From Thermoplasmata archaeon (lineage in GTDB: Archaea; Thermoplasmatota; Thermoplasmata; GCA-020350865), in NCBI GenBank assembly GCA_020348445.1, contig CP070751.1, forward strand, positions 4,812,506 to 4,876,505: DNA of 64,000 bases. Direction: 5' to 3'. The notes under the pieces were generated by a model that worked only from the letters and a program-made list of their open reading frames with translations, made no database searches and was not told the DNA's origin. Below are positions 8,777-18,446 of this stretch, piece by piece (the stretch's first letter is position 1; each line of letters starts with the position of its first letter). Made by a program: the position numbers and the translations under genes.

Positions 8777-9430
8777 CTATTCATACCCTGCCAGTATATT
8801 TGCCATTATCCGCTCTTCCGCCTTTCTTAGATGCTCCACTATCGTAGCCTTGCTAAGGTTGACTTTCTTGGATAGCTGCTCACTGTTAATCTTCTTTGGA
8901 TAACTATAATATCCATACTTCATGGCAGCTATGAGGATATATTTCTGTTTTTCAGTTAAAACTGTAAGGATATCATGCTTCTGGTACGCTGTTTTTTGGA
9001 GTCGTATGTTCTTGACCTCGCCATAATTCTTCATTACCTCAATGAATTTTGATATACTTTCCTGGTCGCCAATACAACTATATGTACGTTTATCCTCTGA
9101 AAAGATAATAGGTGAAGTCCAGATCAGATCAAGTTTGTACTCTGATAACTTTTGTTTGACCTCCTTAAATACTTCGGTTTTAATAACACAGATATGTTTA
9201 TTTCCCTCGGATTTTAGGATGGCGAGTATCTCCATAAAATCAGGTACTTCCACATCCTGAAGTGGAATATCACTTTTTGTATAACATTCCATCACACCTA
9301 TCGTAACACCTTCTTCATAATCTAACCTCAGCACCTCCAAAAGTTCCCAAGAATGAAAGTGTTCAAACATTGGTTTTTGGTCTTCTTGTAACATTTCATT
9401 CGGATAAAAATCTATGATTACCTTTCTCAT
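8777..9430 (-). CDS. HTH_10 transcriptional regulator, copy 3
   Basis: MRKVIIDFYP... start aligns with the paralogs (track start 9499 is too long); LTEKQKYILIAAMKYGYY...KATIVEHLRKAE. Confidence 0.92.
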   Translation of the reverse strand: MRKVIIDFYPNEMLQEDQKPMFEHFHSWELLEVLRLDYEEGVTIGVMECYTKSDIPLQDVEVPDFMEILAILKSEGNKHICVIKTEVFKEVKQKLSEYKLDLIWTSPIIFSEDKRTYSCIGDQESISKFIEVMKNYGEVKNIRLQKTAYQKHDILTVLTEKQKYILIAAMKYGYYSYPKKINSEQLSKKVNLSKATIVEHLRKAEERIMANILAGYE

Positions 9431-9450
9431 AGTTATCAGAATAAACTTCG

Positions 9451-9486
9451 GGGTATATAAGCTACCGTATATGAACGGCACAAGAA
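9451..9486. promoter_or_regulatory. Conserved motif, copy 4
   Basis: GGGTATATAAGCTACCGTATATGAACGGCACAAG; 21 nt from ATG 9430. Confidence 0.72.
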
Positions 9487-9537
9487 TTTCATTTCTCATT
9501 TTATATATACTTAATCATGGAAATGATGGTGAGAAAG

Positions 9538-9651
9538 ATGAGAAAGAATGTGAAATACAAGGTAGGAAAATGGTTTGTAGGAGCCGGTGGAGCTATCCTG
9601 AGCAAGGTAGGAATCTTGCCTATTAAAACGGTCTACATAAGTAGAGTGTAA
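9538..9651 (+). CDS. Small cationic ORF (37 aa)
   Basis: GGTGAG RBS; MRKNVKYKVGKWFVGAGGAILSKVGILPIKTVYISRV; below the length of the ORFs in the track. Confidence 0.4.
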   Translation: MRKNVKYKVGKWFVGAGGAILSKVGILPIKTVYISRV

Positions 9652-9712
9652 AATTATCGATTATTTGGTTGGTGATTGAAAATGATTAAAAATTGTCTAT
9701 AAAAGAAGATGG

Positions 9713-10216
9713 ATGGAAACTTGTTGGGGGATTATAATGCAAAATGAAATATTCATTATAATGATTATTACCCTCCTCGTGGGAATTTCTTTCATTCTTG
9801 ATAAGAATAAAACATTGCAGGGGTTGAAAAATGGAGCAAAACATTTGCATAAAATACTGCCGGAATTCCTATTACTTCTTATTTTTGTAAGTGTTTTTCT
9901 TAGTTTGGTATCACAAAGCACTCTTGTTGGCCTTTTAGGGAGAGAATCGGGACCCTTTGGTATTATGATAGCGGCCGGAATAGGATCTATAGCTTTAATT
10001 CCCGGTGCTATAGCATATCCCTTGGCAGGTGAGCTCATGAGACAAGGGGCATCGTATACAATTTTGGCAACATTCATTACAACGTTGATGATGGTTGGCA
10101 TTCTCACTTTTCCTGTAGAAAGGAAATATCTGGGAAATCGGTTGGCAATTCTCCGAAATGTGATGAGTTTCATTGGAGCCTTGTTGATAAGTGTGCTTGT
10201 GGGAGTTTTACTATGA
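9713..10216 (+). CDS. Predicted permease (ArsP_1-like half-permease), subunit A
   Basis: GIMIAAGIGSIALIPGAIAYPLAGELMRQGASY...FITTLMMVG..FPVERKYLG..LAILRN. Confidence 0.75.
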   Translation: METCWGIIMQNEIFIIMIITLLVGISFILDKNKTLQGLKNGAKHLHKILPEFLLLLIFVSVFLSLVSQSTLVGLLGRESGPFGIMIAAGIGSIALIPGAIAYPLAGELMRQGASYTILATFITTLMMVGILTFPVERKYLGNRLAILRNVMSFIGALLISVLVGVLL

Positions 10217-10746
10217 AACGAATTATCTCCTTTTGGAAATATTTAATTTTCATAGCTTTTTTGTTTATTATGTTTCTTTTAATATACCTTGGCATTGGAG
10301 TCGGACATAGAATGAGCGATAACTTTTATGCCTTCTCTCGTGAAATGATCATAATAGTTCCTTGCATTTTCGTCATTATCGGTCTGATCGATGTCTGGAT
10401 ACCAACAGAATGGATTCAACAACATATCGGTAAAGATTCTGGATTTATGGGAGGGGTTTATGTAATACTGCTAGCAATTTTCCAAGGAGGTCCTATTTAT
10501 TGTGCTTTCCCAGTAGCACATTTACTTTGGAAAAAGGGCACTAGTATGCGTAACGTTTTTTTATATCTGAGTGCTTTTTCGAGCTTAAAAGTTCCAATGC
10601 TGATTTTTGAAGTGGCATTTCTCGGCTGGAAGTTTGCACTGGTCAGGGCAACAGTGGCTCTACCTATATTTGTTCTCATTGCCTTGGCGATGGACGCTTA
10701 TTCTCGAAAAACAGGAATTGAACTGAACGAAATAGAAACAACATAA
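10213..10746 (+). CDS. Predicted permease (ArsP_1-like half-permease), subunit B
   Basis: ATGA overlap with subunit A; GPIYCAFPVAHLLWKKG...FLSAFSSLKVPMLIFEVAFLGWKF. Confidence 0.75.
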   Translation: MKRIISFWKYLIFIAFLFIMFLLIYLGIGVGHRMSDNFYAFSREMIIIVPCIFVIIGLIDVWIPTEWIQQHIGKDSGFMGGVYVILLAIFQGGPIYCAFPVAHLLWKKGTSMRNVFLYLSAFSSLKVPMLIFEVAFLGWKFALVRATVALPIFVLIALAMDAYSRKTGIELNEIETT

Positions 10747-10842
10747 GTATCTGTAGATTGACTCTACTAGCAAGAATCATTTAGATAAGGTATAGTCTCA
10801 GTAATTATATGGGACATTTTCTTAAAAACGACATAAACTTTT

Positions 10843-10878
10843 GGGTATTTAAACTGCCCTATATAACCGGCTTAAAAT
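10843..10878. promoter_or_regulatory. Conserved motif, copy 5 (orphan)
   Basis: GGGTATTTAAACTGCCCTATATAACCGGCTTAAAAT. Confidence 0.75.
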
Positions 10879-10920
10879 TTTTGTATTTTAATGACCATAT
10901 GATGATTTTATACCATAAGG

Positions 10921-11583
10921 TTGAGAATCGCAATGAGACATGATAAAAAAAATTCCTGGAGGGTTCCATCAACCATAGCATTAATCGGTTTCACAGTATT
11001 TTTGTCAATTATCTTTTTGATGCATTTTATCCATCCGGAATTATCTTTCTCGAGCCACTATGTGAGTGAATATGCAAATGAAGAATATGGCTGGATATTG
11101 AACATCGCTATCATTGGAAACCTAATCGGCTCAATTGCCTTTATTATCGCCGTATACCGTGCATATCCCCCTCCTTATCGATCCATGATCTCAATTATAA
11201 TTTACGGGATTGCAACATTTGCAATTCTGACCAATTTCTTTCCAATGGATCCCCCGGGAGAATCCGTTACCTTATCCGGGCAAATTCACAATATGGGTGG
11301 ATTCATCGGAGGGCTAGCCGGTTTGGTGTTCTTTATAATTCACTCGATTCGTTTGCATTCATTTGGTGTATTGCAGGGATTTTATCGAATACTGTTAATT
11401 CTAGCCATATTTGGTTTCATTATGTTCGTGGTCGTACTGATTGCAGCTATTTACGCGGATGGGATTATTGGTATCGTTCAACGCATTTATGTACTGGTTT
11501 TAATGTCTTGGTTAATAATTGCTGCCAACGGAATACGGACAGAAGCTCTGGTCCTAAAAAATCTGAGTATTTGTGACCAATGA
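10921..11583 (+). CDS. DUF998-family membrane protein
   Basis: HP.LS...YVSEYA...FPMDP...G.IH...GIVQR pattern with several hydrophobic segments. Confidence 0.7.
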   Translation: MRIAMRHDKKNSWRVPSTIALIGFTVFLSIIFLMHFIHPELSFSSHYVSEYANEEYGWILNIAIIGNLIGSIAFIIAVYRAYPPPYRSMISIIIYGIATFAILTNFFPMDPPGESVTLSGQIHNMGGFIGGLAGLVFFIIHSIRLHSFGVLQGFYRILLILAIFGFIMFVVVLIAAIYADGIIGIVQRIYVLVLMSWLIIAANGIRTEALVLKNLSICDQ

Positions 11584-11633
11584 TAATGTATTTTATTAAT
11601 AATACGGTAAGATTACCAAGGCTAATATTTTAT

Positions 11634-12287
11634 TCAATTTTGCCCAACCAATATGTTTGCCAACATCCTCTCTTCCGCTTTTCTAAGATGCTCCACTAAG
11701 GTAGCTTTACTGATGTTGACCTTTTGCGATAATTGCTCACTGGTAATCTTCTTTGGATAGGCATAATATCCATATTTGAATGCAGCAATAAGGACTTCTC
11801 GTTGTTTTTCAGTTAAAACCGTTAGGATATCACGCTCCTGGTAGGCTGCTTTTTGGAAACGCATGTTTACTACGTCACCGTAATTCTTTATTGTCTCAAT
11901 GAATTTTGTTAAATTCTCCTGGTCGCCTATACAACTGTATACCCAATTTTCTTCGGACAAGGTAAGAGGTGTTGTCCAAATCAGATCCAATTTGAACTCT
12001 GCAAACATTTTGATTACCTCTTTTGGAATTTGGATTTTAACAATACAGGTATGTTTATTTGACTCGGATTTGAGGATATTGAGGATCTTTGCAAAATCGG
12101 GTAATTTCACATCGTGAACTGGAATGTTTTCTTTTGTTTCTAATACCATGACACCTACCTTAACGCCCTCTTCGAAATCCATTCTCAGCATCTCCAGGAC
12201 CTCGATTGAATGAAAGGTTTCAAATATGGGTTTATACAAATTCTTGATCAAATCACCTGGATTGAATTCCAAGATCAGTTTCCTCAT
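11634..12287 (-). CDS. HTH_10 transcriptional regulator, copy 4
   Basis: MRKLILEFNPG start aligns with the paralogs (track start 12347); LTEKQREVLIAAFKYGYY...KATLVEHLRKAE. Confidence 0.92.
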   Translation of the reverse strand: MRKLILEFNPGDLIKNLYKPIFETFHSIEVLEMLRMDFEEGVKVGVMVLETKENIPVHDVKLPDFAKILNILKSESNKHTCIVKIQIPKEVIKMFAEFKLDLIWTTPLTLSEENWVYSCIGDQENLTKFIETIKNYGDVVNMRFQKAAYQERDILTVLTEKQREVLIAAFKYGYYAYPKKITSEQLSQKVNISKATLVEHLRKAEERMLANILVGQN

Positions 12288-12307
12288 GGTTTTCCGAATT
12301 ATCTTAT

Positions 12308-12343
12308 GAGTATATATACTATCATATGCACAGTTCGGCTTTT
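12308..12343. promoter_or_regulatory. Conserved motif, copy 6 (degenerate)
   Basis: GAGTATATATACTATCATATGCACAGTTCGGCT; 21 nt from ATG 12287. Confidence 0.55.
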
Positions 12344-12482
12344 TCACTCAAATATTGCGTATGATAAAATTGCTGATAATTATGGTAAACTAACAATAGT
12401 ACGCAATACCAAGATAATTTATATTAAGCTCATAAACATTGCAACCTACAGGTTGGTTTAAGACTTACTCTGAGGAAAATTT

Positions 12483-13472
12483 ATGAAAGCCATTGTCTGG
12501 ACAAAATACGGACCTCCAGAGGTCCTTCAACTCAAAGAGGTTCCAAAACCCACCCCCAAGGACAATGAGGTCCTAATCAAGGTCCATGCAACAACGGTAG
12601 CTGCCGGGGACACTGAAATCCGAAATCTCAGGCTCCCCATCGAATATCGGCTTTTATTGCGATTGGTAATAGGTCTAACAAGACCAAAACGTGTAACAAT
12701 TCCAGGTATTGAGGTTGCTGGGAAGATCGAAGCTGTTGGTAAGGAAGTGAAGAGATTCAAGGAAGGTGATGAGGTCTTTGGAGTCACAGGTTTTACCTTC
12801 GGAGCCCATGCTCAGTATGTGTGTCTTCCTGATAAAAATGCCCTGACAATAAAGCCATCCAATATGACTTATGAGGAAGCGGCCAGTGCTGTTATCGGGG
12901 GTATTGAATCTTTGCATTTTCTCAGGGCGGCAAATATCCAAAAAGGTCAAAAGGTCCTTATAGTTGGAGCTTCTGGAAGTATTGGAACGGTTGGTGTGCA
13001 ACTCGCAAAGTACTTTGGTGCCGAGGTTACGGGGGTGTGCAGTACAGACAAGTTGGAAATGGTAAGATCCATTGGAGCCGACTCGGTAATCGATTATACA
13101 AAAGAGGATTATACTAAGGGTGATAAGACCTATGAGGTTATATTTGACGCAATAGGCAAGAGTGATTTTTCAGGATGTAAACGCATACTTAATAAGAATG
13201 GGATTTATCTATTGGCCAACCCCAGACGTTTTCAGAAGATTAGAGGCCTGTGGACATCATTGACAACCAGCAAGAAGATTTATTCCAAGTTAGCTACCTA
13301 TAAAACCGAAGATCTGGACTTCCTCAGGGAACTTATAGAGCAAGGTAAAATAAGATCTATAATTGATAGGAGCTATCCACTGGAAAAGATTCCCGAAGCT
13401 CACAGGTATGTTGAAAAAGGACACAAAGCTGGAAATGTTGTAATAACTGTAGATCATAACAATAAAATCTGA
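12483..13472 (+). CDS. Zinc-independent MDR-family NAD(P)-dependent oxidoreductase, copy 1 (subtype a)
   Basis: [20 protein letters not shown] nucleotide-binding loop, [10 protein letters not shown]; no catalytic-zinc Cys. Confidence 0.92.
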   Translation: MKAIVWTKYGPPEVLQLKEVPKPTPKDNEVLIKVHATTVAAGDTEIRNLRLPIEYRLLLRLVIGLTRPKRVTIPGIEVAGKIEAVGKEVKRFKEGDEVFGVTGFTFGAHAQYVCLPDKNALTIKPSNMTYEEAASAVIGGIESLHFLRAANIQKGQKVLIVGASGSIGTVGVQLAKYFGAEVTGVCSTDKLEMVRSIGADSVIDYTKEDYTKGDKTYEVIFDAIGKSDFSGCKRILNKNGIYLLANPRRFQKIRGLWTSLTTSKKIYSKLATYKTEDLDFLRELIEQGKIRSIIDRSYPLEKIPEAHRYVEKGHKAGNVVITVDHNNKI

Positions 13473-13723
13473 CAAAAAACTGAGGAAAAGACCAGGACAG
13501 TAAATGAAGGAATTTTAGGGTTATATATAAAAAATATAACACCGTTAAGTTAAAATATAGTGAGAATTATTTCCTTTTTAAGCGATTTGTGGTTGAGGTA
13601 ATAAGATAATACTTTACCTGATATGATTTAATTGCATTTCTGAATTGCGTGAACTCAATGCTAGGTTGCTATCAATTCAGATATGAAATCATCTAATATA
13701 AGACAAAAAAGAAGGAGATTAAC

Positions 13724-14686
13724 ATGAAAGCAATTGTATGCACAAAATACGGACCTCCAGAGGTCCTTCAGCTGAAGGAGGTAGAAAAACCCACTCCCAA
13801 GAAAAATGAAATTCGTATTAAGATCCATGCGACCACAGCCACATCAAGTGATTGCATTCTCCGGGGTTTCAACATACCAGCGTGGCACCCAGTGGGACTT
13901 ATGATGGGAATTATGATGGGCTTTGGAAAACCAAGGAACCCCATCCTCGGTTTGGTAGCGGCTGGAGAAGTCGATTCTATGGGAAGTGATGCAAAACGTT
14001 TTAAAATAGGTGATCCAGTTGTTGCCTATACCGCCTTATCACCCACCAAGATCCGATTAGGCACATATGCCCAGTACAATTGTATCCCGGAAGATTGGTT
14101 AGTGGTGCGGAAACCGTCTAATTTAACCTATGAGGAGGCCGCTGCAATCCCCTATCCTGGAGAGCTTGCGATGTTCTTTTTGAAGAAGGGGGATTTCAAA
14201 AATCGGAAGAATGTTCTTATTGTGGGTGCTTCCGGATCCATCGGTACCACTGCAGTGCAGCTTACTAGGCACTTCGGGGCCAATGTGACAGGGGTCTGCA
14301 GTACTTCAAATTTGGAGCTGGTAAGGTCCTTAGGAGCCAAAGAGGTCATCGACTACACAAAAGAGGACTATTCGAAACGCAGTGAGCGATATGATATGAT
14401 ACTGGATGCCGTTCCACAGCAGGTTGCGGATAGGAAAAGATTGAAATCTCAAGCCCAAAACGCACTTACTCCTGATGGGAAGTATGTCTCAATAGATGAT
14501 GGTATAGCCAAGACAAGCTATGAGGATCTTGTTCTAATAATGGACCTTGCGAAGTCTGGTGAGTTCAAACCGGTGATAGACAAAAGCTATCAGCTGGAGC
14601 AGATGGTTGAGGCCCACAGATATGTCGAGACTGGACACAAAAAGGGAAATGTGGTAATAACTGTTAAACAAAACAAAAAAACCTAA
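13724..14686 (+). CDS. Zinc-independent MDR oxidoreductase, copy 2 (subtype b)
   Basis: Same fold motifs; SDCI.RGF and GTTAVQL subtype markers. Confidence 0.92.
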   Translation: MKAIVCTKYGPPEVLQLKEVEKPTPKKNEIRIKIHATTATSSDCILRGFNIPAWHPVGLMMGIMMGFGKPRNPILGLVAAGEVDSMGSDAKRFKIGDPVVAYTALSPTKIRLGTYAQYNCIPEDWLVVRKPSNLTYEEAAAIPYPGELAMFFLKKGDFKNRKNVLIVGASGSIGTTAVQLTRHFGANVTGVCSTSNLELVRSLGAKEVIDYTKEDYSKRSERYDMILDAVPQQVADRKRLKSQAQNALTPDGKYVSIDDGIAKTSYEDLVLIMDLAKSGEFKPVIDKSYQLEQMVEAHRYVETGHKKGNVVITVKQNKKT

Positions 14687-14698
14687 CAAAGTATTGCA
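14681..14698 (+). repeat. Conserved MDR 3' tail ACCTAACAAAGTATTGCA
   Basis: ACCTAAC spans the stop codon; near-identical to 42343..42360. Confidence 0.6.
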
Positions 14699-15299
14699 AA
14701 TAATTAGGGATATGCTGAGTATGAATGCGCTTGAAAGCTGGTTTTCTAAACGAGTAGAGGAGCAATTAAAAGACCTAGCTAGCAAAGTCAGTAGCCATCT
14801 GCGCGTGGCCATCGCCGCTGTGGTTGTTTTAATTCTTATTGTGTTGTACTACATAGCTCATCAATTATCGTCAACAGGTTTTTTTACTGATAAGTTCGGA
14901 CCTTTTGAGATGCTCTTTCTATATGGATCTCTTATTGAATGGATTGTTGTAGCTACATTGGAAGTGTTTGGTCGCAAAGACCTCTCTCGAGATATTGATG
15001 CTTTTGGTGGAATTATTTTTGTCACTATTGGAGGTGCTTGGCTCTTTGTGGTATTTCCCTTTGAATTTGTATATTTTGCTGACATGTTACCAGATTCCCT
15101 CAGATTTCTGTTGCAGTGGATTTCCAACGACATTGCTAAAGTGATAATATTGCTGTGGACCATCTTTCATCTGGTTGCTGCAGTTTATTATGGAATATTG
15201 CGCGTGTTCGTTCGCAAGGCGCGCGCTTTGGAGTCTACCTCAATAGATATAAACGAAGATTTAATACCAGAACAAAGTAATCTTGGAGAATTACCATGA
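14694..15299 (+). CDS. Membrane hypothetical protein
   Basis: About four hydrophobic segments; ATGA overlap with the next MDR gene; start codon uncertain. Confidence 0.65.
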   Translation: MQIIRDMLSMNALESWFSKRVEEQLKDLASKVSSHLRVAIAAVVVLILIVLYYIAHQLSSTGFFTDKFGPFEMLFLYGSLIEWIVVATLEVFGRKDLSRDIDAFGGIIFVTIGGAWLFVVFPFEFVYFADMLPDSLRFLLQWISNDIAKVIILLWTIFHLVAAVYYGILRVFVRKARALESTSIDINEDLIPEQSNLGELP

Positions 15300-16261
15300 A
15301 AGCTATGGTATTTGAAAAATACGGTCAACCAGATGTTCTTCAGCTTAAAGAAGTGGAGAAACCCACTCCCAAGGACGATGAAGTCATGGTAAAGGTCCTC
15401 GCGGCATCTGTAAATGATTGGGACTGGGGTGTCCTGAGAGGCAAGCCACTAGTTAACAGGCTTATATTTGGGCTTACAAGACCAAAAAAAAGTAACATAC
15501 TGGGATGTGACATAGCAGGAAAGGTGGAATCTGTAGAAAAAAATGTAACGAAGTTCAAGCCGGGAGATGAAGTGTTCGGGGACCTTTCCGAGGGTAGTTG
15601 GGGCGGTTATGCCGAGTATGTGTGTGCATCTGAGAATGAATTGGTTCCAAAACCAGCTAAAATGACATTCGAGGAGGCAGCAGCTGTTCCCCAAGTGGGA
15701 TCTATGGTTGTCAAGGGCCTGCTGGATATGGGAAATGTAAAACCTGGACAAAGGGTTTTGTTCAATGGCGCAGGTGGTGGTGTGGGTACATTGGGTGTGC
15801 AGATTGCCAAATCGCTTGGGGCTCATGTGACAGGAGTGGATAAAGCAAGTAAATTGGACATACTACTAAAACTTGGGGCAGACGAGGTAATTGATTACAA
15901 AAAAGAAGATTTCACAAAAAACAGGAAGCAATATGACCTGATTCTTGATGTTATGGTAAACCGTTCAATGTTCGCTTATAAACGTGCACTCAGTCCCAAT
16001 GGAATTTATCTCATGATGGGTGGCTCTATACCTCGAATATTTCTGATTGCTATAGTCTCACCATTGATCATAAGGGGTAAGAAATTGAAAATCTTAGCAT
16101 TGAATCCTAATAAGGGTTTAGATGTATTTTCCGAGCTCTTTGAGGCAGGCAAGGTAAAGCCTGTAATAGATAGAACTTACCCCTTAAGTGAGCTGCCCGA
16201 AGCTCTGGAGTATTTTGGAGAATCGCACCACAAGGGGAAAATAATAATTAAAATTGTATAA
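15296..16261 (+). CDS. Zinc-independent MDR oxidoreductase, copy 3 (subtype c)
   Basis: AASVN.WD, NGAGGGVG, YPLSELPEAL.YF.E.HHKGK. Confidence 0.92.
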   Translation: MKAMVFEKYGQPDVLQLKEVEKPTPKDDEVMVKVLAASVNDWDWGVLRGKPLVNRLIFGLTRPKKSNILGCDIAGKVESVEKNVTKFKPGDEVFGDLSEGSWGGYAEYVCASENELVPKPAKMTFEEAAAVPQVGSMVVKGLLDMGNVKPGQRVLFNGAGGGVGTLGVQIAKSLGAHVTGVDKASKLDILLKLGADEVIDYKKEDFTKNRKQYDLILDVMVNRSMFAYKRALSPNGIYLMMGGSIPRIFLIAIVSPLIIRGKKLKILALNPNKGLDVFSELFEAGKVKPVIDRTYPLSELPEALEYFGESHHKGKIIIKIV

Positions 16262-16277
16262 CTAAAGAATTAGATCA

Positions 16278-16934
16278 TCAGGAATATCCGGCCATTATAT
16301 CGTCAAGTATTCTTCCCTCGGCTTTTCTCAAATGCTGCATCAGTGTGGCTTTACTGACGTTGACCTTTTTTGATAACTGTTCGCTATTGATTTTTTTAGG
16401 GTAGTTATAATATCCGAACTTGTATGCAGCAACAAGAACCTCTCTTTGTTTGTCAGTTAAAATCGAAAGAATATCCTGCCTTTGGTAAGCTGCCTTTTTG
16501 AATGACATATTCAATATTTTACTGCCCTCTTTTCTAAATATCTCGACCAATTTAGTAAGATTTTCATTTTCGCCTATGCAACTATATGTGACTTTTTTTT
16601 CTGAAATTATTGTGGGAGTTGTACTAATTAAATCTAGATCTAGTTCTCTGAAAGAATCCATTTTATCCTCGGTTTCAAAGTATTTAACAAGACATGTATG
16701 TTTATTACCCTCGGATTTTATAACACTCAGTATTTCCATTTTCCCTATGGATTTTATATCATCAATAGATAAATCCTCTTTTAATATACATTCGATCAGA
16801 TCTACACATATTCCTTCCTCATAGTCGATCTTCAGCGCCTCCAAAATCTCATAAGAATGGACCTTTTCAAACATTGGCTTTAGTTCCTCTCTACCCTTTT
16901 CATCCAATTCTATTTCGATGGTCAATTTTCTCAT
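16278..16934 (-). CDS. HTH_10 transcriptional regulator, copy 5
   Basis: LTDKQREVLVAAYKFGYY...KATLMQHLRKAE. Confidence 0.92.
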   Translation of the reverse strand: MRKLTIEIELDEKGREELKPMFEKVHSYEILEALKIDYEEGICVDLIECILKEDLSIDDIKSIGKMEILSVIKSEGNKHTCLVKYFETEDKMDSFRELDLDLISTTPTIISEKKVTYSCIGENENLTKLVEIFRKEGSKILNMSFKKAAYQRQDILSILTDKQREVLVAAYKFGYYNYPKKINSEQLSKKVNVSKATLMQHLRKAEGRILDDIMAGYS

Positions 16935-16959
16935 TATATCATCTACAGAATCAACTTCT

Positions 16960-16995
16960 GGGTATATAAACTATCATACATGTACGGCTCAAATT
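16960..16995. promoter_or_regulatory. Conserved motif, copy 7
   Basis: GGGTATATAAACTATCATACATGTACGGCTCAAATT; 26 nt from ATG 16934; one mismatch to copy 9. Confidence 0.78.
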
Positions 16996-17038
16996 CCTTG
17001 TATTTTCTAGAGCATACACTAAATTAAGGGTGATCAAG

Positions 17039-17170
17039 ATGGAACAAAAACCGAAAAACAAAATCGGCGGATGGATTCCTGGATGGAATCTTCATCGTGT
17101 CTTTGAAAGTGAGAAAGTGGAATACCACCTGAATGGTTGGTCATTTGCAAAACCGAAAATAGCAGTATGA
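17039..17170 (+). CDS. Small ORF (43 aa)
   Basis: GGTGAT RBS; MEQKPKNKIGGWIPGWNLHRVFESEKVEYHLNGWSFAKPKIAV. Confidence 0.4.
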   Translation: MEQKPKNKIGGWIPGWNLHRVFESEKVEYHLNGWSFAKPKIAV

Positions 17171-17236
17171 AACAGGGACAATGATTTCTAGTAGGTGAAC
17201 ATTATGGTAAAGAACGAAGTGAAAGTAAGTGAGGAT

Positions 17237-18139
17237 ATGAAAGCTATTGTATGTGAAAAATTCGGACCACCGGAAGTTCTTAAGCTAAAAGAGGTTCCAA
17301 AACCCACACCCAAGGACAATGAGATATTGGTAAAAATCCATGCAGGAACTGTAACACGAGGGGACCTGCACTTGCGAGGTGCCAATCTTGGGATCAGGTT
17401 CCTCATGCTGATTCTTGGATACAAACAAAAGAAAATAACGGGTCACGAGTTGGCAGGGGAGGTTGAAGCTGTGGGTAAGGACGTTAAAAAGTTCAAAAAA
17501 GGTGACCATGTTTTTGGAACCTCCACTGGATTGATTACCGGTGGTAATGCCGAGTTCATATGTCTGCCTGAAGAATGGAAGAAAGGAGTGGTAGCAACAA
17601 AACCAGCAAACATAACCTTTGAAGAAGCCGCTGCTGTTCCTATCGGTGGAATGACCGCATTACACCTTCTTAGAAAAGGAAATATCCAAAAGGGGCAAAA
17701 GGTCCTTGTATATGGTGCTTCCGGAAGCGTGGGTTCGTACGCAGTTCAGCTGGCAAAGCACTTGGGGGCGGAAGTAACCGGTGTTTGCAGCACCTCGAAT
17801 CTGGAAATGGTGAAGTCCCTGGGAGCGGATTCGGTAATTGATTACAAAAAAGAGGATTTCACAAAAAGCGATCAAAAATATAATTTGATCTTCGATGCTG
17901 TTGGTAAGATTCCCCGTTCAAAAAGAAAAAGGTCGCTTGCCCAAAACGGGTGTTATATATCCATTATGTCCTTAACAACCGAAACCACTGAAAAACTGAT
18001 TTATCTCAAAAAGCTTGTGGAGGCGGGAGAACTAAAAGCGGCTATAGACAGGAGTTATCTATTGGAACAGACGGCTGAGGCCCACAGATATGTTGAAAAG
18101 GGACACAAAAAGGGAAATGTGGTGATCAAAGTTAGATGA
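17237..18139 (+). CDS. Zinc-independent MDR oxidoreductase, copy 4 (subtype d)
   Basis: [27 protein letters not shown]; start aligned at MKAIV (track start 17195). Confidence 0.92.
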   Translation: MKAIVCEKFGPPEVLKLKEVPKPTPKDNEILVKIHAGTVTRGDLHLRGANLGIRFLMLILGYKQKKITGHELAGEVEAVGKDVKKFKKGDHVFGTSTGLITGGNAEFICLPEEWKKGVVATKPANITFEEAAAVPIGGMTALHLLRKGNIQKGQKVLVYGASGSVGSYAVQLAKHLGAEVTGVCSTSNLEMVKSLGADSVIDYKKEDFTKSDQKYNLIFDAVGKIPRSKRKRSLAQNGCYISIMSLTTETTEKLIYLKKLVEAGELKAAIDRSYLLEQTAEAHRYVEKGHKKGNVVIKVR

Positions 18140-18159
18140 ATATGGAAGGAGATAGATAA

Positions 18160-18360
18160 TTGACCAATAAGGAAGATAATGAGAGACAAAATCGGTTGAG
18201 AGAGATCGAAGATAGAAAGATAGAGATCCTATTGGAAATCCCCAATGTTAAAGAGAATACTGAAAAGATATCTGAACTTAACTCTGAATATGTACAATTG
18301 GGTGACGAATATTATAATTTGAAAATTGAATTGATAAAGGCAAAATCACAATCAAATTGA
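18160..18360 (+). CDS. Small charged helical hypothetical protein
   Basis: 66 aa, TTG start after a GGAGA RBS. Confidence 0.45.
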   Translation: MTNKEDNERQNRLREIEDRKIEILLEIPNVKENTEKISELNSEYVQLGDEYYNLKIELIKAKSQSN

Positions 18361-18446
18361 AGGATGCTATTTACCACTAATTGCTAATCAAAGATCATTG
18401 AGATTTTAAAAAATAATATATAAATGTATTATAATAAGGCAGTTCT

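Noticed and set aside
9414-9626. Track ORF of 70 aa spanning the motif
   Set aside because: It overlaps the regulator start and promoter; the RBS-supported ORF at 9538 in another frame is more plausible.
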